Below are positions 1 through 10,042 of a stretch of DNA of 64,000 nucleotides, one piece after another; the first letter of the stretch is position 1, and each line of letters begins with the position of its first letter. The notes beneath the pieces were generated by a model, which saw only the letters and a list, made by a program, of their open reading frames with translations, ran no database searches and was not told the origin of the DNA. Source of the stretch: an uncultured Gammaproteobacteria bacterium (GTDB lineage Bacteria; Patescibacteriota; Microgenomatia; Levybacterales; GWA1-39-11); contig CAZXFJ010000001.1 in assembly GCA_964640435.1 (NCBI GenBank), positions 64,542 to 128,541 on the forward strand, given 5' to 3'. The translations under genes and the position numbers were made by a program.

Positions 1-1409
1 TTATACTACCACAGCTACCTCAGTTTCCTGTATATGGAACAACTCTTACTGCGGCACTTTCAAATGATAAGCTCGCGGAATTTGGTGAGAAAAACCGAGT
101 TCAGACAGTTTCATATAACGACACTTTAAAGCTTGGCGTTTTTTCTGTTTCCTTTGCTCGTATAACCCACTCCATAATGGATGCTGCAAATATGTTTATT
201 CGTACTCCAGTTGGTAACTTTTATCACGGAAGTGATTTTAAATTTGATTTTACACCGGCTGATGGAAGACCTTCAGAGCTTCGTAAAATTGCAAAATGGG
301 GAGACGAAGGAATTCTTTGTACAATGTCAGATTGTTTAGGAGCAGAACGTCCAGGTCATTCAAGGTCTGAACTTTCTATTGTAGATAGTTTTGAAGATGA
401 AGTTAAAAAGGCAAAAGGAAAAGTTTTTATAACTACTTATTCTTCAAATATTTCTCGTATGAATCAAGCAATTCAAGTTGCAAGAAAATACAATAGACGG
501 GTTTGTTTTATTGGAAGGTCTTTTCTTAAAGTTCGAGATATTGGAAGAAAATTAAAATACATGGATTTACCTGCGAAAATGGAGATAAGACCTCAGGAAG
601 TTCGACGTATGAATCCATCAAATGTGATGATTTTGCTTGCGGGTAGTCAGGGTCAGGTTGAGTCTGGTTTATCACGAATTGCTCAGGATCAAGATCGCGA
701 CCTAAGAATAAGCCGTGGAGATACTGTTATTTTTTCAGCTGATCCTATTCCGGGAAATGAGCTAAATATTAATTCTTTAATTGATATTATCTCCAAAAGA
801 GATGCTCGAGTTGTGTACTCAACATTAACAGATGAATTTCATGTTTCAGGACATGGAGCGCAAAATGATTTAAAGTTATTAATTTCATTAACAAATCCAA
901 AATTTTTGTTGCCAATTGGTGGAAATTACAAACACATGGCAGCATATAAAAGGATGGCAGAGGAAATGGGATATACATCAGATAAGGTGATTTTTGCAGA
1001 CGATGCGAAGCAAATAATATTTACACAAAATGGGTTTAGAGTTGGAAAATCAATTGCAACACCGGATGTATATGTTGATCAAATATCTGGTGATTCAATT
1101 GATAATTATGTAATTTTGGACAGACAAAAAATTGCAAAAGAAGGAGTTTTGATTATCGTTTGCGAAGTGAACCAGCTTAACGGGCAATTATTATCAAATC
1201 CAGATGTAATTGCTCGCGGTGTATTGTTTGAAAATAAAGATAAATTTGCTGACCAATTAGGTCGAAAACTTTCAGAGACTTTCTCAAAAAAACAGGACAG
1301 AGTTACAAATTGGAATTTTTACAGAAAAACAATACAAATGACTGCCGAAAGAATATTATATGATGAGGGAAGATCTCCTCTGGTGGTACCCGTAGTAATC
1401 GAGAACTGA
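1..1409 (+). CDS. rnj: Ribonuclease J (beta-CASP metallo-beta-lactamase RNase), 5' partial. The reading frame is open from the window edge (codons from nt 3).
   Basis: Frame open from nt 3. The ...ITHSIMDAA... (HSIxD) motif lies upstream of the first Met of the ORF-track call. The beta-CASP and C-terminal domain pattern is typical of RNase J. Confidence 0.75.
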   Translation, partial: ILPQLPQFPVYGTTLTAALSNDKLAEFGEKNRVQTVSYNDTLKLGVFSVSFARITHSIMDAANMFIRTPVGNFYHGSDFKFDFTPADGRPSELRKIAKWGDEGILCTMSDCLGAERPGHSRSELSIVDSFEDEVKKAKGKVFITTYSSNISRMNQAIQVARKYNRRVCFIGRSFLKVRDIGRKLKYMDLPAKMEIRPQEVRRMNPSNVMILLAGSQGQVESGLSRIAQDQDRDLRISRGDTVIFSADPIPGNELNINSLIDIISKRDARVVYSTLTDEFHVSGHGAQNDLKLLISLTNPKFLLPIGGNYKHMAAYKRMAEEMGYTSDKVIFADDAKQIIFTQNGFRVGKSIATPDVYVDQISGDSIDNYVILDRQKIAKEGVLIIVCEVNQLNGQLLSNPDVIARGVLFENKDKFADQLGRKLSETFSKKQDRVTNWNFYRKTIQMTAERILYDEGRSPLVVPVVIEN

Positions 1410-1460
1410 CATTAGAAGCTTTGAATTTCAAGCAAAAAGTGATATCCTTTATAGGCATTT

Positions 1461-3608
1461 ATGGCAAGAAAGAAAAAGGCTGCAAAAAGAAGAAAGTATA
1501 AGAAAAGAAGTAGTGGTAAGCTCCAAAGTGGAACAATTTACACAATCTTTGCATTAGGTTCAATTGTTTCAGGTATAGGATTATTAGCGTCATATACTCA
1601 AGCAAACGAATTACTTACAGAAGCGAATCTTTATTTAACCTCATATTTCGGACCTTTATCATTTTTAATTCCAATAATTTTAATTTTATTCGGTTTACTT
1701 CTTACCGGTGTTAAAACACCGATAACAAAAGCAACATCATTTTTTGGATTTTTACTTTTAACAGGATCTTTGCTCGGTTTATTTAGCTCAGGTCAGATTG
1801 GTGAAAAAATTGTTGCAACTTCCAATTCAATTTTTCCTCCAGCATTAACATTAGTATTTTTTATATTCGGAGCTCTAATTGGCCTAATTGTTTGTCTTAA
1901 CATAACCGCATCACAAATTGGTGCAATTTTTGCAGGGTTATTTGGAGGTATCGGTGCAATTGGAAAAGGTCTAGCGCCATTATTTAAAAGCAAAAAACAA
2001 TTTGCAGTTGATGATATGCAGCAAATTACTATTAAGGGTCTTAAGAATGAGCCAATAAAAGAGCAGCCAGCAGTTATAGCTCCAACTCTTGCTACGGCAA
2101 AACTACCTGAGAAAAAAGATGGGTCTATGGAAGATAAGTTGGTACTTAATAAGCCTATGGAGCTTGGTGTTTGGGAGTATCCGCCATTATCCCTTTTGTC
2201 AGTTCATGCAGGAAAGCGTGATACAGGAGATGTTAAAAAAATAGCAAAAACAATTGAAGAGACATTACAGAGTTTTGGAATAAAGTCTCGTGTTTCAGAA
2301 ATTAATGTTGGGCCCTCAGTTACGCAGTATGCTTTGGAAATTGCTTTGGGTACTAAATTATCAAAAATAACCGGTTTATCAAATGATTTGGCTTTAGCAA
2401 CAGAAGCACCAACGGGACAAATCAGAATTGAAGCGCCAATTCCAGGAAGAAATTTGGTTGGTATTGAAATTCCTAATAGATCAATGGAAATCGTCTCGCT
2501 TAAAACTATGCTTGAATCTCCTCAAATGCAGAAAGCAAAATCAAAAACTGCCGTTGCATTGGGACTTGATGTTTCAGGGAATGCAGTAGTTGCAGATATT
2601 GCAAAAATGCCCCACGTTTTGATCGCAGGAACCACAGGATCTGGAAAATCAGTTATGGTTAACTCAATTGTTTCATCTATTCTTTTCCGTGCATCTCCAA
2701 GTGAGGTTCGTTTTATCATGATCGACCCTAAGCGTGTTGAATTAACAGGCTATAACGGCATTCCTCATCTTATGTCTCCAGTTGTTGTAGAGCCGGCCCA
2801 AGCAGTATCTGCTCTTAAATGGGCTATGAAAGAAATGGATCGCCGTTATGTTCAATTTCAAGATTCCGGAGTTAAGAATATTGATTCATACAATGAGCTT
2901 GCAGGATTTCAAGCATTACCATATATCGTAATTTTAATCGACGAGCTTGCAGATCTTATGGCACTTGCGGCCGTTGAAGTTGAAGATTCAATTGCACGTA
3001 TTGCACAGATGGCTCGTGCAACCGGAATCCATCTTGTACTTGCAACCCAGCGTCCATCCGTTGATGTTTTAACAGGTCTTATTAAGGCAAACGTTCCTTG
3101 TAGAATATCATTTAACGTTTCTTCTATGATCGATTCTAAAGTTATTATTGATTCGCCAGGTGCTGAAAAATTACTTGGTCGAGGAGACATGTTGTATGTG
3201 CCACCAGATCAGGCAAAACCTGCCAGAATTCAAGGAACATTTGTTTCAGATCAGGATGTAAAACGAGTTGTTAACTTTATTAAATCAAAAGGTGTACCTG
3301 TCCAGTATACTACTGAGGTGGTTGAGCAGGCTGTAAACCTTGGAAAGAAAGGGGCTGCCGGAATGAATAGTGGCGGTGGTGGAGGCGAGGATGAACTATT
3401 TGAACAAGGTGTAAGAATTGTTTGTGCGCATGATAGAGCTTCATCATCACTTCTTCAAAGAAGGCTTTCTATCGGATTTAATCGCGCAGCAAGGCTCTTA
3501 GAACAGCTTGAAGAAGCAGGTGTAGTTGGTCCAGCAGATGGCTCGAAACCACGTGACGTTTTAGTTCGAAATCCAGATGAGTTTCTTGCTGCCCGTGCCC
3601 AACAATAA
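1461..3608 (+). CDS. ftsK: DNA translocase FtsK/SpoIIIE
   Basis: N-terminal polytopic membrane region. Walker A GTTGSGKS. C-terminal gamma winged-helix (LLQRRLSIGFNRAARLLEQLE). Confidence 0.9.
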   Translation: MARKKKAAKRRKYKKRSSGKLQSGTIYTIFALGSIVSGIGLLASYTQANELLTEANLYLTSYFGPLSFLIPIILILFGLLLTGVKTPITKATSFFGFLLLTGSLLGLFSSGQIGEKIVATSNSIFPPALTLVFFIFGALIGLIVCLNITASQIGAIFAGLFGGIGAIGKGLAPLFKSKKQFAVDDMQQITIKGLKNEPIKEQPAVIAPTLATAKLPEKKDGSMEDKLVLNKPMELGVWEYPPLSLLSVHAGKRDTGDVKKIAKTIEETLQSFGIKSRVSEINVGPSVTQYALEIALGTKLSKITGLSNDLALATEAPTGQIRIEAPIPGRNLVGIEIPNRSMEIVSLKTMLESPQMQKAKSKTAVALGLDVSGNAVVADIAKMPHVLIAGTTGSGKSVMVNSIVSSILFRASPSEVRFIMIDPKRVELTGYNGIPHLMSPVVVEPAQAVSALKWAMKEMDRRYVQFQDSGVKNIDSYNELAGFQALPYIVILIDELADLMALAAVEVEDSIARIAQMARATGIHLVLATQRPSVDVLTGLIKANVPCRISFNVSSMIDSKVIIDSPGAEKLLGRGDMLYVPPDQAKPARIQGTFVSDQDVKRVVNFIKSKGVPVQYTTEVVEQAVNLGKKGAAGMNSGGGGGEDELFEQGVRIVCAHDRASSSLLQRRLSIGFNRAARLLEQLEEAGVVGPADGSKPRDVLVRNPDEFLAARAQQ

Positions 3609-3616
3609 TAACTTCT

Positions 3617-4243
3617 ATGAAAAAGATTTCAGACATATTACGTCAGAGACGTGAAGAAAGAGGTATAAGTCTTGATAAAGTTGAAGCGGATACAAAGATA
3701 AAAAAGGAATTTTTGTTAGCAATTGAACATGGTAATTTTCAGCGACTACCTTCAGGTTACGCATTGGGATTTGTGAAGAATTATTCAAAATATTTAGAAA
3801 TTCCTGTTAGTGAAGCAGTTCCTCTTTTTCGACGTGAATATGCTGGAAAGCATGTAACCCATATTGTTCCAAATTTTCGTAAATCTCAACACAAATATAA
3901 TAGAAAATTATTCTTCAATACTCGAACATTTTTAATTCTTGCAGTAGTGGTGTTAGTTGGGATATATATATTCTTTCAATATAGTTCTTTATTTTTTGCA
4001 CCAAAACTTACTATTTCTCAGCCTAAAAATGGACAAACAATACAAAACAATGTTGTTGAAGTTGAGGGGGTAACTGATCCTTATGCAACAGTAACAATAA
4101 ATAATGAAGAAACATACGTTGATTTACAAGGAAACTTTAAAAAGAGTGAATATCTTTTCTCGGGTAACAACAAGATAACTGTAGTGGCTAAAAATCGTTT
4201 TGGAAAAATAGCTACACGAGAAATTAATGTTAGTGTAAAATAA
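3617..4243 (+). CDS. RodZ-like HTH (XRE) bitopic membrane protein
   Basis: N-terminal HTH (ISLDKVEADTKIKKEFLLAIEHG...GFVKNYSKYLEI), then a single TM segment and an extracytoplasmic domain. Start is 9 nt after ftsK. Confidence 0.55.
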   Translation: MKKISDILRQRREERGISLDKVEADTKIKKEFLLAIEHGNFQRLPSGYALGFVKNYSKYLEIPVSEAVPLFRREYAGKHVTHIVPNFRKSQHKYNRKLFFNTRTFLILAVVVLVGIYIFFQYSSLFFAPKLTISQPKNGQTIQNNVVEVEGVTDPYATVTINNEETYVDLQGNFKKSEYLFSGNNKITVVAKNRFGKIATREINVSVK

Positions 4244-4282
4244 ATTCTTGCTTTTAAATCTGCTTCATGCTAACTTATAAAT

Positions 4283-4549
4283 ATGGTAGATCCTGTCCAG
4301 GTAGTTTTACTTGTAGTAATTGTTCTTCTAACCCTTCTTCTTTTGGTATTAGGTGTTCAAGTCTTTTTTATTCTCAAAGAGCTTCGAGAAACGTTATTCA
4401 GAGCAAACAAAGTTCTTGAAAACACAGAAAATATTACAGAATCAGTTTCTGAGCCTATGACTTTTATCTCCAATCTTCTTCTATCCGCAAAGTCTTTTTC
4501 TACTATTTCTAAAATTCTTAAGAGGTTAAAGGAAGACGATGCAGAATAA
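4283..4549 (+). CDS. DUF948-like small membrane protein
   Basis: N-terminal TM helix followed by a coiled-coil-like segment. Paired with a YtxH-like gene, as in Firmicutes ytx loci. Confidence 0.4.
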   Translation: MVDPVQVVLLVVIVLLTLLLLVLGVQVFFILKELRETLFRANKVLENTENITESVSEPMTFISNLLLSAKSFSTISKILKRLKEDDAE

Positions 4550-4991
4550 TAAACATGTTAAACAAGGCGGTGGATCAGCATTTTTCTGGGGTCTTGTTAT
4601 AGGAGCACTTCTTGCCACATTACTCACTACAAAAAACGGTAGAAAAATTCTTCATGAGCTAGTAGATATTGTTTTATCAATGATGGAAGATTTTGCTGAG
4701 AAGAAAAAGACTTCAAATGTCCCCGTTGTGACTGCTGTTAAGAATACAGTAAACAATATAAAGGAAGATATTCGTGAAGAGGTAGAATTTAAGAAAGCTG
4801 TAGATGAAATAAATTCTGAAATTGCTGAAGATGAGCAACCTGGTAGTGAAGATGATTTGGAGGTCAGTTCGACTCCGGTACAAGTTATTGCGGAAGAGGA
4901 AGAAATTGTAGTTGATGAAAAAGAGGAATCCCCTAAAAGTAACGGTCATGCTAAAAAGAGACTCTTCCATGGTATAAGAAAGGCTAAATAG
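4539..4991 (+). CDS. YtxH-like membrane-anchored protein with acidic C-terminus
   Basis: GGGSAFFWGLVIGALLATLLTTKNGRK matches the YtxH signature (GxxxGxxxGxLxAPKSG). Overlaps the preceding ORF by 11 nt. Confidence 0.45.
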   Translation: MQNNKHVKQGGGSAFFWGLVIGALLATLLTTKNGRKILHELVDIVLSMMEDFAEKKKTSNVPVVTAVKNTVNNIKEDIREEVEFKKAVDEINSEIAEDEQPGSEDDLEVSSTPVQVIAEEEEIVVDEKEESPKSNGHAKKRLFHGIRKAK

Positions 4992-5048
4992 CCTCAATTT
5001 TGCCCCCCAAATTGGTGTTCTAGCCTTAAAATTGATATAATATGCATT

Positions 5049-6071
5049 ATGAAAAAGGTTGTTGTTATTGGTGGTGGAACAGGGACATATACGGCCCTGA
5101 CTGCCCTTCGTGATAAAAAATATGATCTTACAGCCATTTTGACAATGGTAGATGATGGTGGATCAAATAAGGTGCTTCGTGATGAATTTGGTCTCCTTCC
5201 AACATCTGGTGTAAGGCTTGCTATGGTTGCGCTATCAAGTAAGCCATCACTTCTTCGTGAACTATTTTTATACCGTTACCACAAGGGAACAGGAATCTCT
5301 GGAATGACCTTTGGTAATCTGTTCTTAGCAGCAGTTACTGATATTTTAGGATCTCAAGAAAAAGCAATTGAGCACACATCGGATATATTAAAAGTTAAAG
5401 GAAAAATACTACCAATTTCTCATGAAGATGTTCGCTTGGTCGCGCACTACGAGGATGGATCTGAAGTTGTTGGAGAGCATAATATTGATGAACCAACTCA
5501 CGATGGAAAAATGAAGATTACAAAACTTTTTACACGTCCAGAAGCTACAATAACTGAACATGCAAAGCAAGCAATTTTAGATGCAGATACTATAGTTTTA
5601 GGTCCCGGCGACTTTTATACAAATTCTGTAGCAAATCTTGTTATCGGAGGAGTAGTTGATGCATTGATGGAATCAAAGGCACAACTCATTTTTGTTATGA
5701 ATCTTATGACTAAATATGGTGAGACATATGATTATTCTGCATCTCAATATATTGAAGATCTTGCAAAATATATTCCACTATCAAGAATAAACGTGCTTTT
5801 AATTAATAATGATATGAAGTTACCTGTGGAAACTCTCGAAAAATATAAAGAGGAGTTTTCAATTCCTGTTGTAGATGATCTAGATAGTATGGATTTGCCA
5901 GAGGGCGTAAGAGTAGTTCGTGCACCTATTTTATTTAGAAAAGAAATAGAACCTGAAAAAGGAGATTTAGTAAAGCGAAGTATGATAAGACATGATCCAA
6001 GAAGACTTGGTAAAATATTAACAGAACTTATAGGAACTGATGAGTCTTCAGAGCCTGTTAACAATGGATAA
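5049..6071 (+). CDS. YvcK/CofD-family protein (UPF0052, gluconeogenesis factor / 2-phospho-L-lactate transferase-like)
   Basis: VVIGGGTG...LTAILTMVDDGGS motifs diagnostic of the CofD/YvcK family. Confidence 0.7.
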   Translation: MKKVVVIGGGTGTYTALTALRDKKYDLTAILTMVDDGGSNKVLRDEFGLLPTSGVRLAMVALSSKPSLLRELFLYRYHKGTGISGMTFGNLFLAAVTDILGSQEKAIEHTSDILKVKGKILPISHEDVRLVAHYEDGSEVVGEHNIDEPTHDGKMKITKLFTRPEATITEHAKQAILDADTIVLGPGDFYTNSVANLVIGGVVDALMESKAQLIFVMNLMTKYGETYDYSASQYIEDLAKYIPLSRINVLLINNDMKLPVETLEKYKEEFSIPVVDDLDSMDLPEGVRVVRAPILFRKEIEPEKGDLVKRSMIRHDPRRLGKILTELIGTDESSEPVNNG

Positions 6072-6684
6072 GAAAACAAAAGCTGAAAAAATTGCAAGAG
6101 AACTTAAGAAGCTATTTCCCAATCCTCATACACCATTAAATCACAGTAATCCCTGGGAGCTTTATGTTGCGGTAGCATTATCTGCTCAACAAACTGATGT
6201 TGGTGTAAATAAAGTTACGGAAACACTTTTCAAAAAATATAAAAATTTAGATGATTATCGTAAAGCATCACTTGAAGAATTTGATGGTGATATAAAAAGC
6301 ATAAATTTCCATAAAGGTAAATCAAAAGCGATTAAGGCGGCTGCTGATATTATTGCGGAAAAATACAATGGTAAAATGCCACAAGAGATGGATCAGTTAT
6401 TGGAGCTACCTTTTATTGGAAGAAAGACGGCAAATGTAATTTTGCAGGAAGCATTTGGGAAATCCGAGGGTATAGTGGTTGATACTCATGTAAAGAGACT
6501 TACTAATCTATTTGGGTTAACTACAAATTCCGACCCAGTAAAAATAGAAAAAGATTTGATGGAGGAAGTTGCGCAAAAGGATTGGAGAGAATTTGGATTA
6601 GGTCTTATATATTATGGACGAACGTATTGTAAAGCCTCATGTAAGCACACAGATTGTCCTCTTCGCGAGTATATATCTAAATAA
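6064..6684 (+). CDS. nth: Endonuclease III-like HhH-GPD DNA glycosylase. Start at MDKKTK overlaps the upstream stop (ATGGATAA).
   Basis: HhH-GPD core (LPFIGRKTANVILQEAFG). C-terminal Cys cluster CKASCKHTDC. The atypical Cys spacing is noted. Confidence 0.7.
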   Translation: MDKKTKAEKIARELKKLFPNPHTPLNHSNPWELYVAVALSAQQTDVGVNKVTETLFKKYKNLDDYRKASLEEFDGDIKSINFHKGKSKAIKAAADIIAEKYNGKMPQEMDQLLELPFIGRKTANVILQEAFGKSEGIVVDTHVKRLTNLFGLTTNSDPVKIEKDLMEEVAQKDWREFGLGLIYYGRTYCKASCKHTDCPLREYISK

Positions 6685-9600
6685 TTATCTTCTTGTTTCT
6701 CTTTTTGTGTTAAACCACATGAAGTAAACTGTTGGAATGAAGAACAACATGATTATTCCTGAGAATGTAAGTCCTGCAATAATTGCTCCTCCTAGTCCTC
6801 GCCATAATGGATCAGTAACAGTAATTGGAATAAGACCCAAGATTGTTGCAAGAGATGTTAATGCAATTGGTTCAAGTCGAGATGCTGAAGCTTCGGAAAT
6901 TGCTTCAATAAGACTCATATCATGTTTTTGGTTTTCAACGATTTTATCAACAACTAGAATAGAATTTTTAACAACAATTCCAAAAAGAGCCAGTACTCCA
7001 ATAAGTGCTGGGAATGAAAGTGGTGTTCCGGTTAGTGCAAAAATTACAAATACACCAGAGATTGAAAGTGGAATAACAAGCATAACAATTAATGCTCGTC
7101 TGAATGATGAGAACTGAATAACCATTGTGACAATAATTAAGAAGAATGAAAGAATCATCGCTGTGAGAATTGAGTTTATTGAGTTTTGATTTTCTTCATT
7201 TGCTCCTCCAGTTTTCCATTCATACCCTGATGGCAAGTGAAGATCACTATCAGCAAACTTGATTAATTCTGTATTAATTGTTTGTGAATTAAATCCTCGT
7301 CGAGCAGCAGCAGAAATTGAAATAGTTCTCTTACCACCTTCACGAGTTATTTGTGTTGGATTGTTCTCAAGCTTTAATGTTCCCAGTGAGGCAAGAGGAA
7401 TATTTCCTGTTGGTGTAGGAATATTAATTTGGTCAAGAGTATTTACAAAAGATGTTTCATTATAAAGCCTTAGCGTAATATCTTTTTCTTCAGTTTCACC
7501 TGGGAATTTATTACTTTCAAATTTAATCCCTGATGCGTACAGCCTTAGAAGACCACCTAATTGATCAACGGATATATTATTATCAGCAATAATTTCACTA
7601 TTTGGAACAAATACTATCTTACTTGTTCCTGGTTGAATTGATTTCTCAGCGTTTGCTATACCAGGGTTTTTTTCAAGATATGCAACGACTTCATCTGCTT
7701 TCTTATTGAGAACAGACAAGTCATCTCCTACAAGTTTTATTTGAACATCTGCTCCAACTGGGGGACCACCAGATTGTTCAATAACCTGAAACTTTCCTGC
7801 TTGGTAATTGCTGAATTTGTTGCGAAGCTTTTCTGCTATTTCAAAAGATTCTTCTCTTTGACCTTCCTTTTTAAGATTCAATGAATATAGAAGACTATTT
7901 GAGTCACCTTGAGTTCCTCCACTTTCAGTATTAATTGAAGTTCCGAGATCAAGACTTACGAAATTAACACCGGGAGTTTTGCTAATTTCCGAAAGCATTC
8001 TTAAACCTTCTTTTTTAGTTACATCAACATTGGTTCCAGATGCAAAATCAATACTTGCATAAACTATATCTGAATCAGTTTTTGGAAAGAATTCATTTTT
8101 AACAAATCCAAATGGTAAAAGAAGGAATGAAAATATAGAAAAGATTACAACCATGGTCACAACCATTCTTCGGTTTTGTCGACTTGAAATAACTTTTTGA
8201 ATTAAGTCCTTGTATGCATGATTAATTCTGTCGAAGCTTATAACACCTTCTTCATAATTTCTCGATCTCAATGAATTTAATGTACGACCAAGTCTTGTTT
8301 TTGATGAGAAGCGTTTAGTTTGCATGTTTCTTACCCCTATGATCACTTTCTCTCTTAGTATGTATACGACCATAAGTAATGAAATCAGCGCTACTATTTC
8401 AAAAGCGAATAAGTTACCTCTCGGAATAACCGAGAATAATATTCCTGCCATCATTAAGACAAATATGATTTGGAAAAGTATTTTTACTCTTCCAGGAACC
8501 TGAGGTCTTAGTAAGATAACGACGAGCGGAAGTGTGATAAACATTGCAACAAAGAAAGAAGAAATAAGCGCAGTTGACACAACTATTGGAATTGATTTAA
8601 TAAATTCACCAATAATTCCACTTGCTAAAAGTAATGGTAAAAATGCCCAAACAGTAGTAATTGTTGTTGTTGCAACTGGAGTTAAAAAGTCACGCCATAC
8701 GAGAAGTCCTGTTTCAATCGGTGTAAATCTTTTCGTCTTGTAGTAAAAGCTCATTGCAGAAATAACAACAACTGTATCGTCCACTAAGAGTCCTAGGGAT
8801 AAGATAAGAGAGAAAAGAGAAAGAAAATTAAGCGTAATTCCTGTTTGCTGCATTATTATAAAGGTTATTAAGAAAGATAATGGTGCAGAAAGAGAGGATA
8901 CAACCGCCTGTCTTGGTCCAAGGAAAATAAATAGAACAAGTACGACTAAGAATACAGTGATAAGAAAATCACGTGTAAGCTCAGAAAATTGATGATCAAT
9001 TTCTTCAGAAGTGTTTACTAAATTAACGGCTTCAAACCTGCCTTCGCCACGAGCAGCAATTTCATCATCTACAGTTTTATGAGCAGCACTTACAGCTCGG
9101 TTTATGTTAAATGTTTTAACACGTAAGACATTAAAAGTAACAGATCTTTGTGATTCTCTTCCAGGGTATGCGATAAATGATTGATTCTGTCCAGGTTTTG
9201 GACTTTCATAGATCTGAGCTATTTCAGACAATGAAACATTTTGCCCATTTAAATTTACTCTTGTTTTTCTTATGTCATCAATTGTTGAAATTGCAGGGTC
9301 GATTGTTAGTGAAAAGTTGCTATTTTCTGTTCTAACAGACCCTGCTGGAAAACTCTTAAATCCACTAGTTACTGCAGATGATAACTGGAATGGATTGACT
9401 CCATATGAAGAGTAAACCTCAGGGTTAACTATTATTTTTATCTCTGTTTCCTCAAGACCAGCGACTCCAACTGAATCAATTTCTGGTAAATCTTCTAGTT
9501 TTTGTTTTAGATGGGTTGCAAATTTGAAAAGACTTCCATCATCAGCAGTTGTTGTTAGAACAAAAGTCCAAACTGGAGAATTCTCAAAGTCTAATTTTAT

Positions 9601-10041
9601 GACACGAGGAGAAATTACATCATCGGGTAAGTCAGTTATTGAGTCAACCGCAGATTGTACATCAGATTTTGCTTTATCAACATCAACTCCTGATTCAAAT
9701 TCAATTGTTACAGTTGAAGCATTTTCAACAGAATTTGAAGTTACAGTTTTTACTTTATCAAGACTGTTGACAGCATCTTCAATAGGTATAGTTACAAGCG
9801 ACTCAACGTCAGCTGGTCCTGCTCCTGGTAAAACAGTAGAAACCAATACATATGGTAGGTTAACTTGGGGATTTAGATCTCGAGGTAGAGTAAAAAACGC
9901 GTTAAGACCAACACCTATTACTAAAAGGAGTAATAGAACTACTAGTCTTGGATTCTTCAGATAAGAAGCTACTTTTGAATTAGCAAGCTTTTGGTCGAAT
10001 CTGAGGAATTTTAAAAATTCATCTTTTCGTGGTTTTGGCAT
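6685..10041 (-). CDS. RND-family efflux transporter (AcrB/MMPL-like), 1118 aa
   Basis: 12-TM RND topology with two large extracytoplasmic loops and a conserved C-terminal TM bundle. Immediately downstream (minus strand) of an adaptor gene. Confidence 0.8.
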   Translation of the reverse strand: MPKPRKDEFLKFLRFDQKLANSKVASYLKNPRLVVLLLLLVIGVGLNAFFTLPRDLNPQVNLPYVLVSTVLPGAGPADVESLVTIPIEDAVNSLDKVKTVTSNSVENASTVTIEFESGVDVDKAKSDVQSAVDSITDLPDDVISPRVIKLDFENSPVWTFVLTTTADDGSLFKFATHLKQKLEDLPEIDSVGVAGLEETEIKIIVNPEVYSSYGVNPFQLSSAVTSGFKSFPAGSVRTENSNFSLTIDPAISTIDDIRKTRVNLNGQNVSLSEIAQIYESPKPGQNQSFIAYPGRESQRSVTFNVLRVKTFNINRAVSAAHKTVDDEIAARGEGRFEAVNLVNTSEEIDHQFSELTRDFLITVFLVVLVLFIFLGPRQAVVSSLSAPLSFLITFIIMQQTGITLNFLSLFSLILSLGLLVDDTVVVISAMSFYYKTKRFTPIETGLLVWRDFLTPVATTTITTVWAFLPLLLASGIIGEFIKSIPIVVSTALISSFFVAMFITLPLVVILLRPQVPGRVKILFQIIFVLMMAGILFSVIPRGNLFAFEIVALISLLMVVYILREKVIIGVRNMQTKRFSSKTRLGRTLNSLRSRNYEEGVISFDRINHAYKDLIQKVISSRQNRRMVVTMVVIFSIFSFLLLPFGFVKNEFFPKTDSDIVYASIDFASGTNVDVTKKEGLRMLSEISKTPGVNFVSLDLGTSINTESGGTQGDSNSLLYSLNLKKEGQREESFEIAEKLRNKFSNYQAGKFQVIEQSGGPPVGADVQIKLVGDDLSVLNKKADEVVAYLEKNPGIANAEKSIQPGTSKIVFVPNSEIIADNNISVDQLGGLLRLYASGIKFESNKFPGETEEKDITLRLYNETSFVNTLDQINIPTPTGNIPLASLGTLKLENNPTQITREGGKRTISISAAARRGFNSQTINTELIKFADSDLHLPSGYEWKTGGANEENQNSINSILTAMILSFFLIIVTMVIQFSSFRRALIVMLVIPLSISGVFVIFALTGTPLSFPALIGVLALFGIVVKNSILVVDKIVENQKHDMSLIEAISEASASRLEPIALTSLATILGLIPITVTDPLWRGLGGAIIAGLTFSGIIMLFFIPTVYFMWFNTKRETRR

Positions 10042-10042
10042 A

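Noticed and set aside
4713-4997. 94-aa minus-strand ORF overlapping the YtxH-like gene
   Set aside because: It is antisense to a better-supported + strand gene and its translation is low-complexity.
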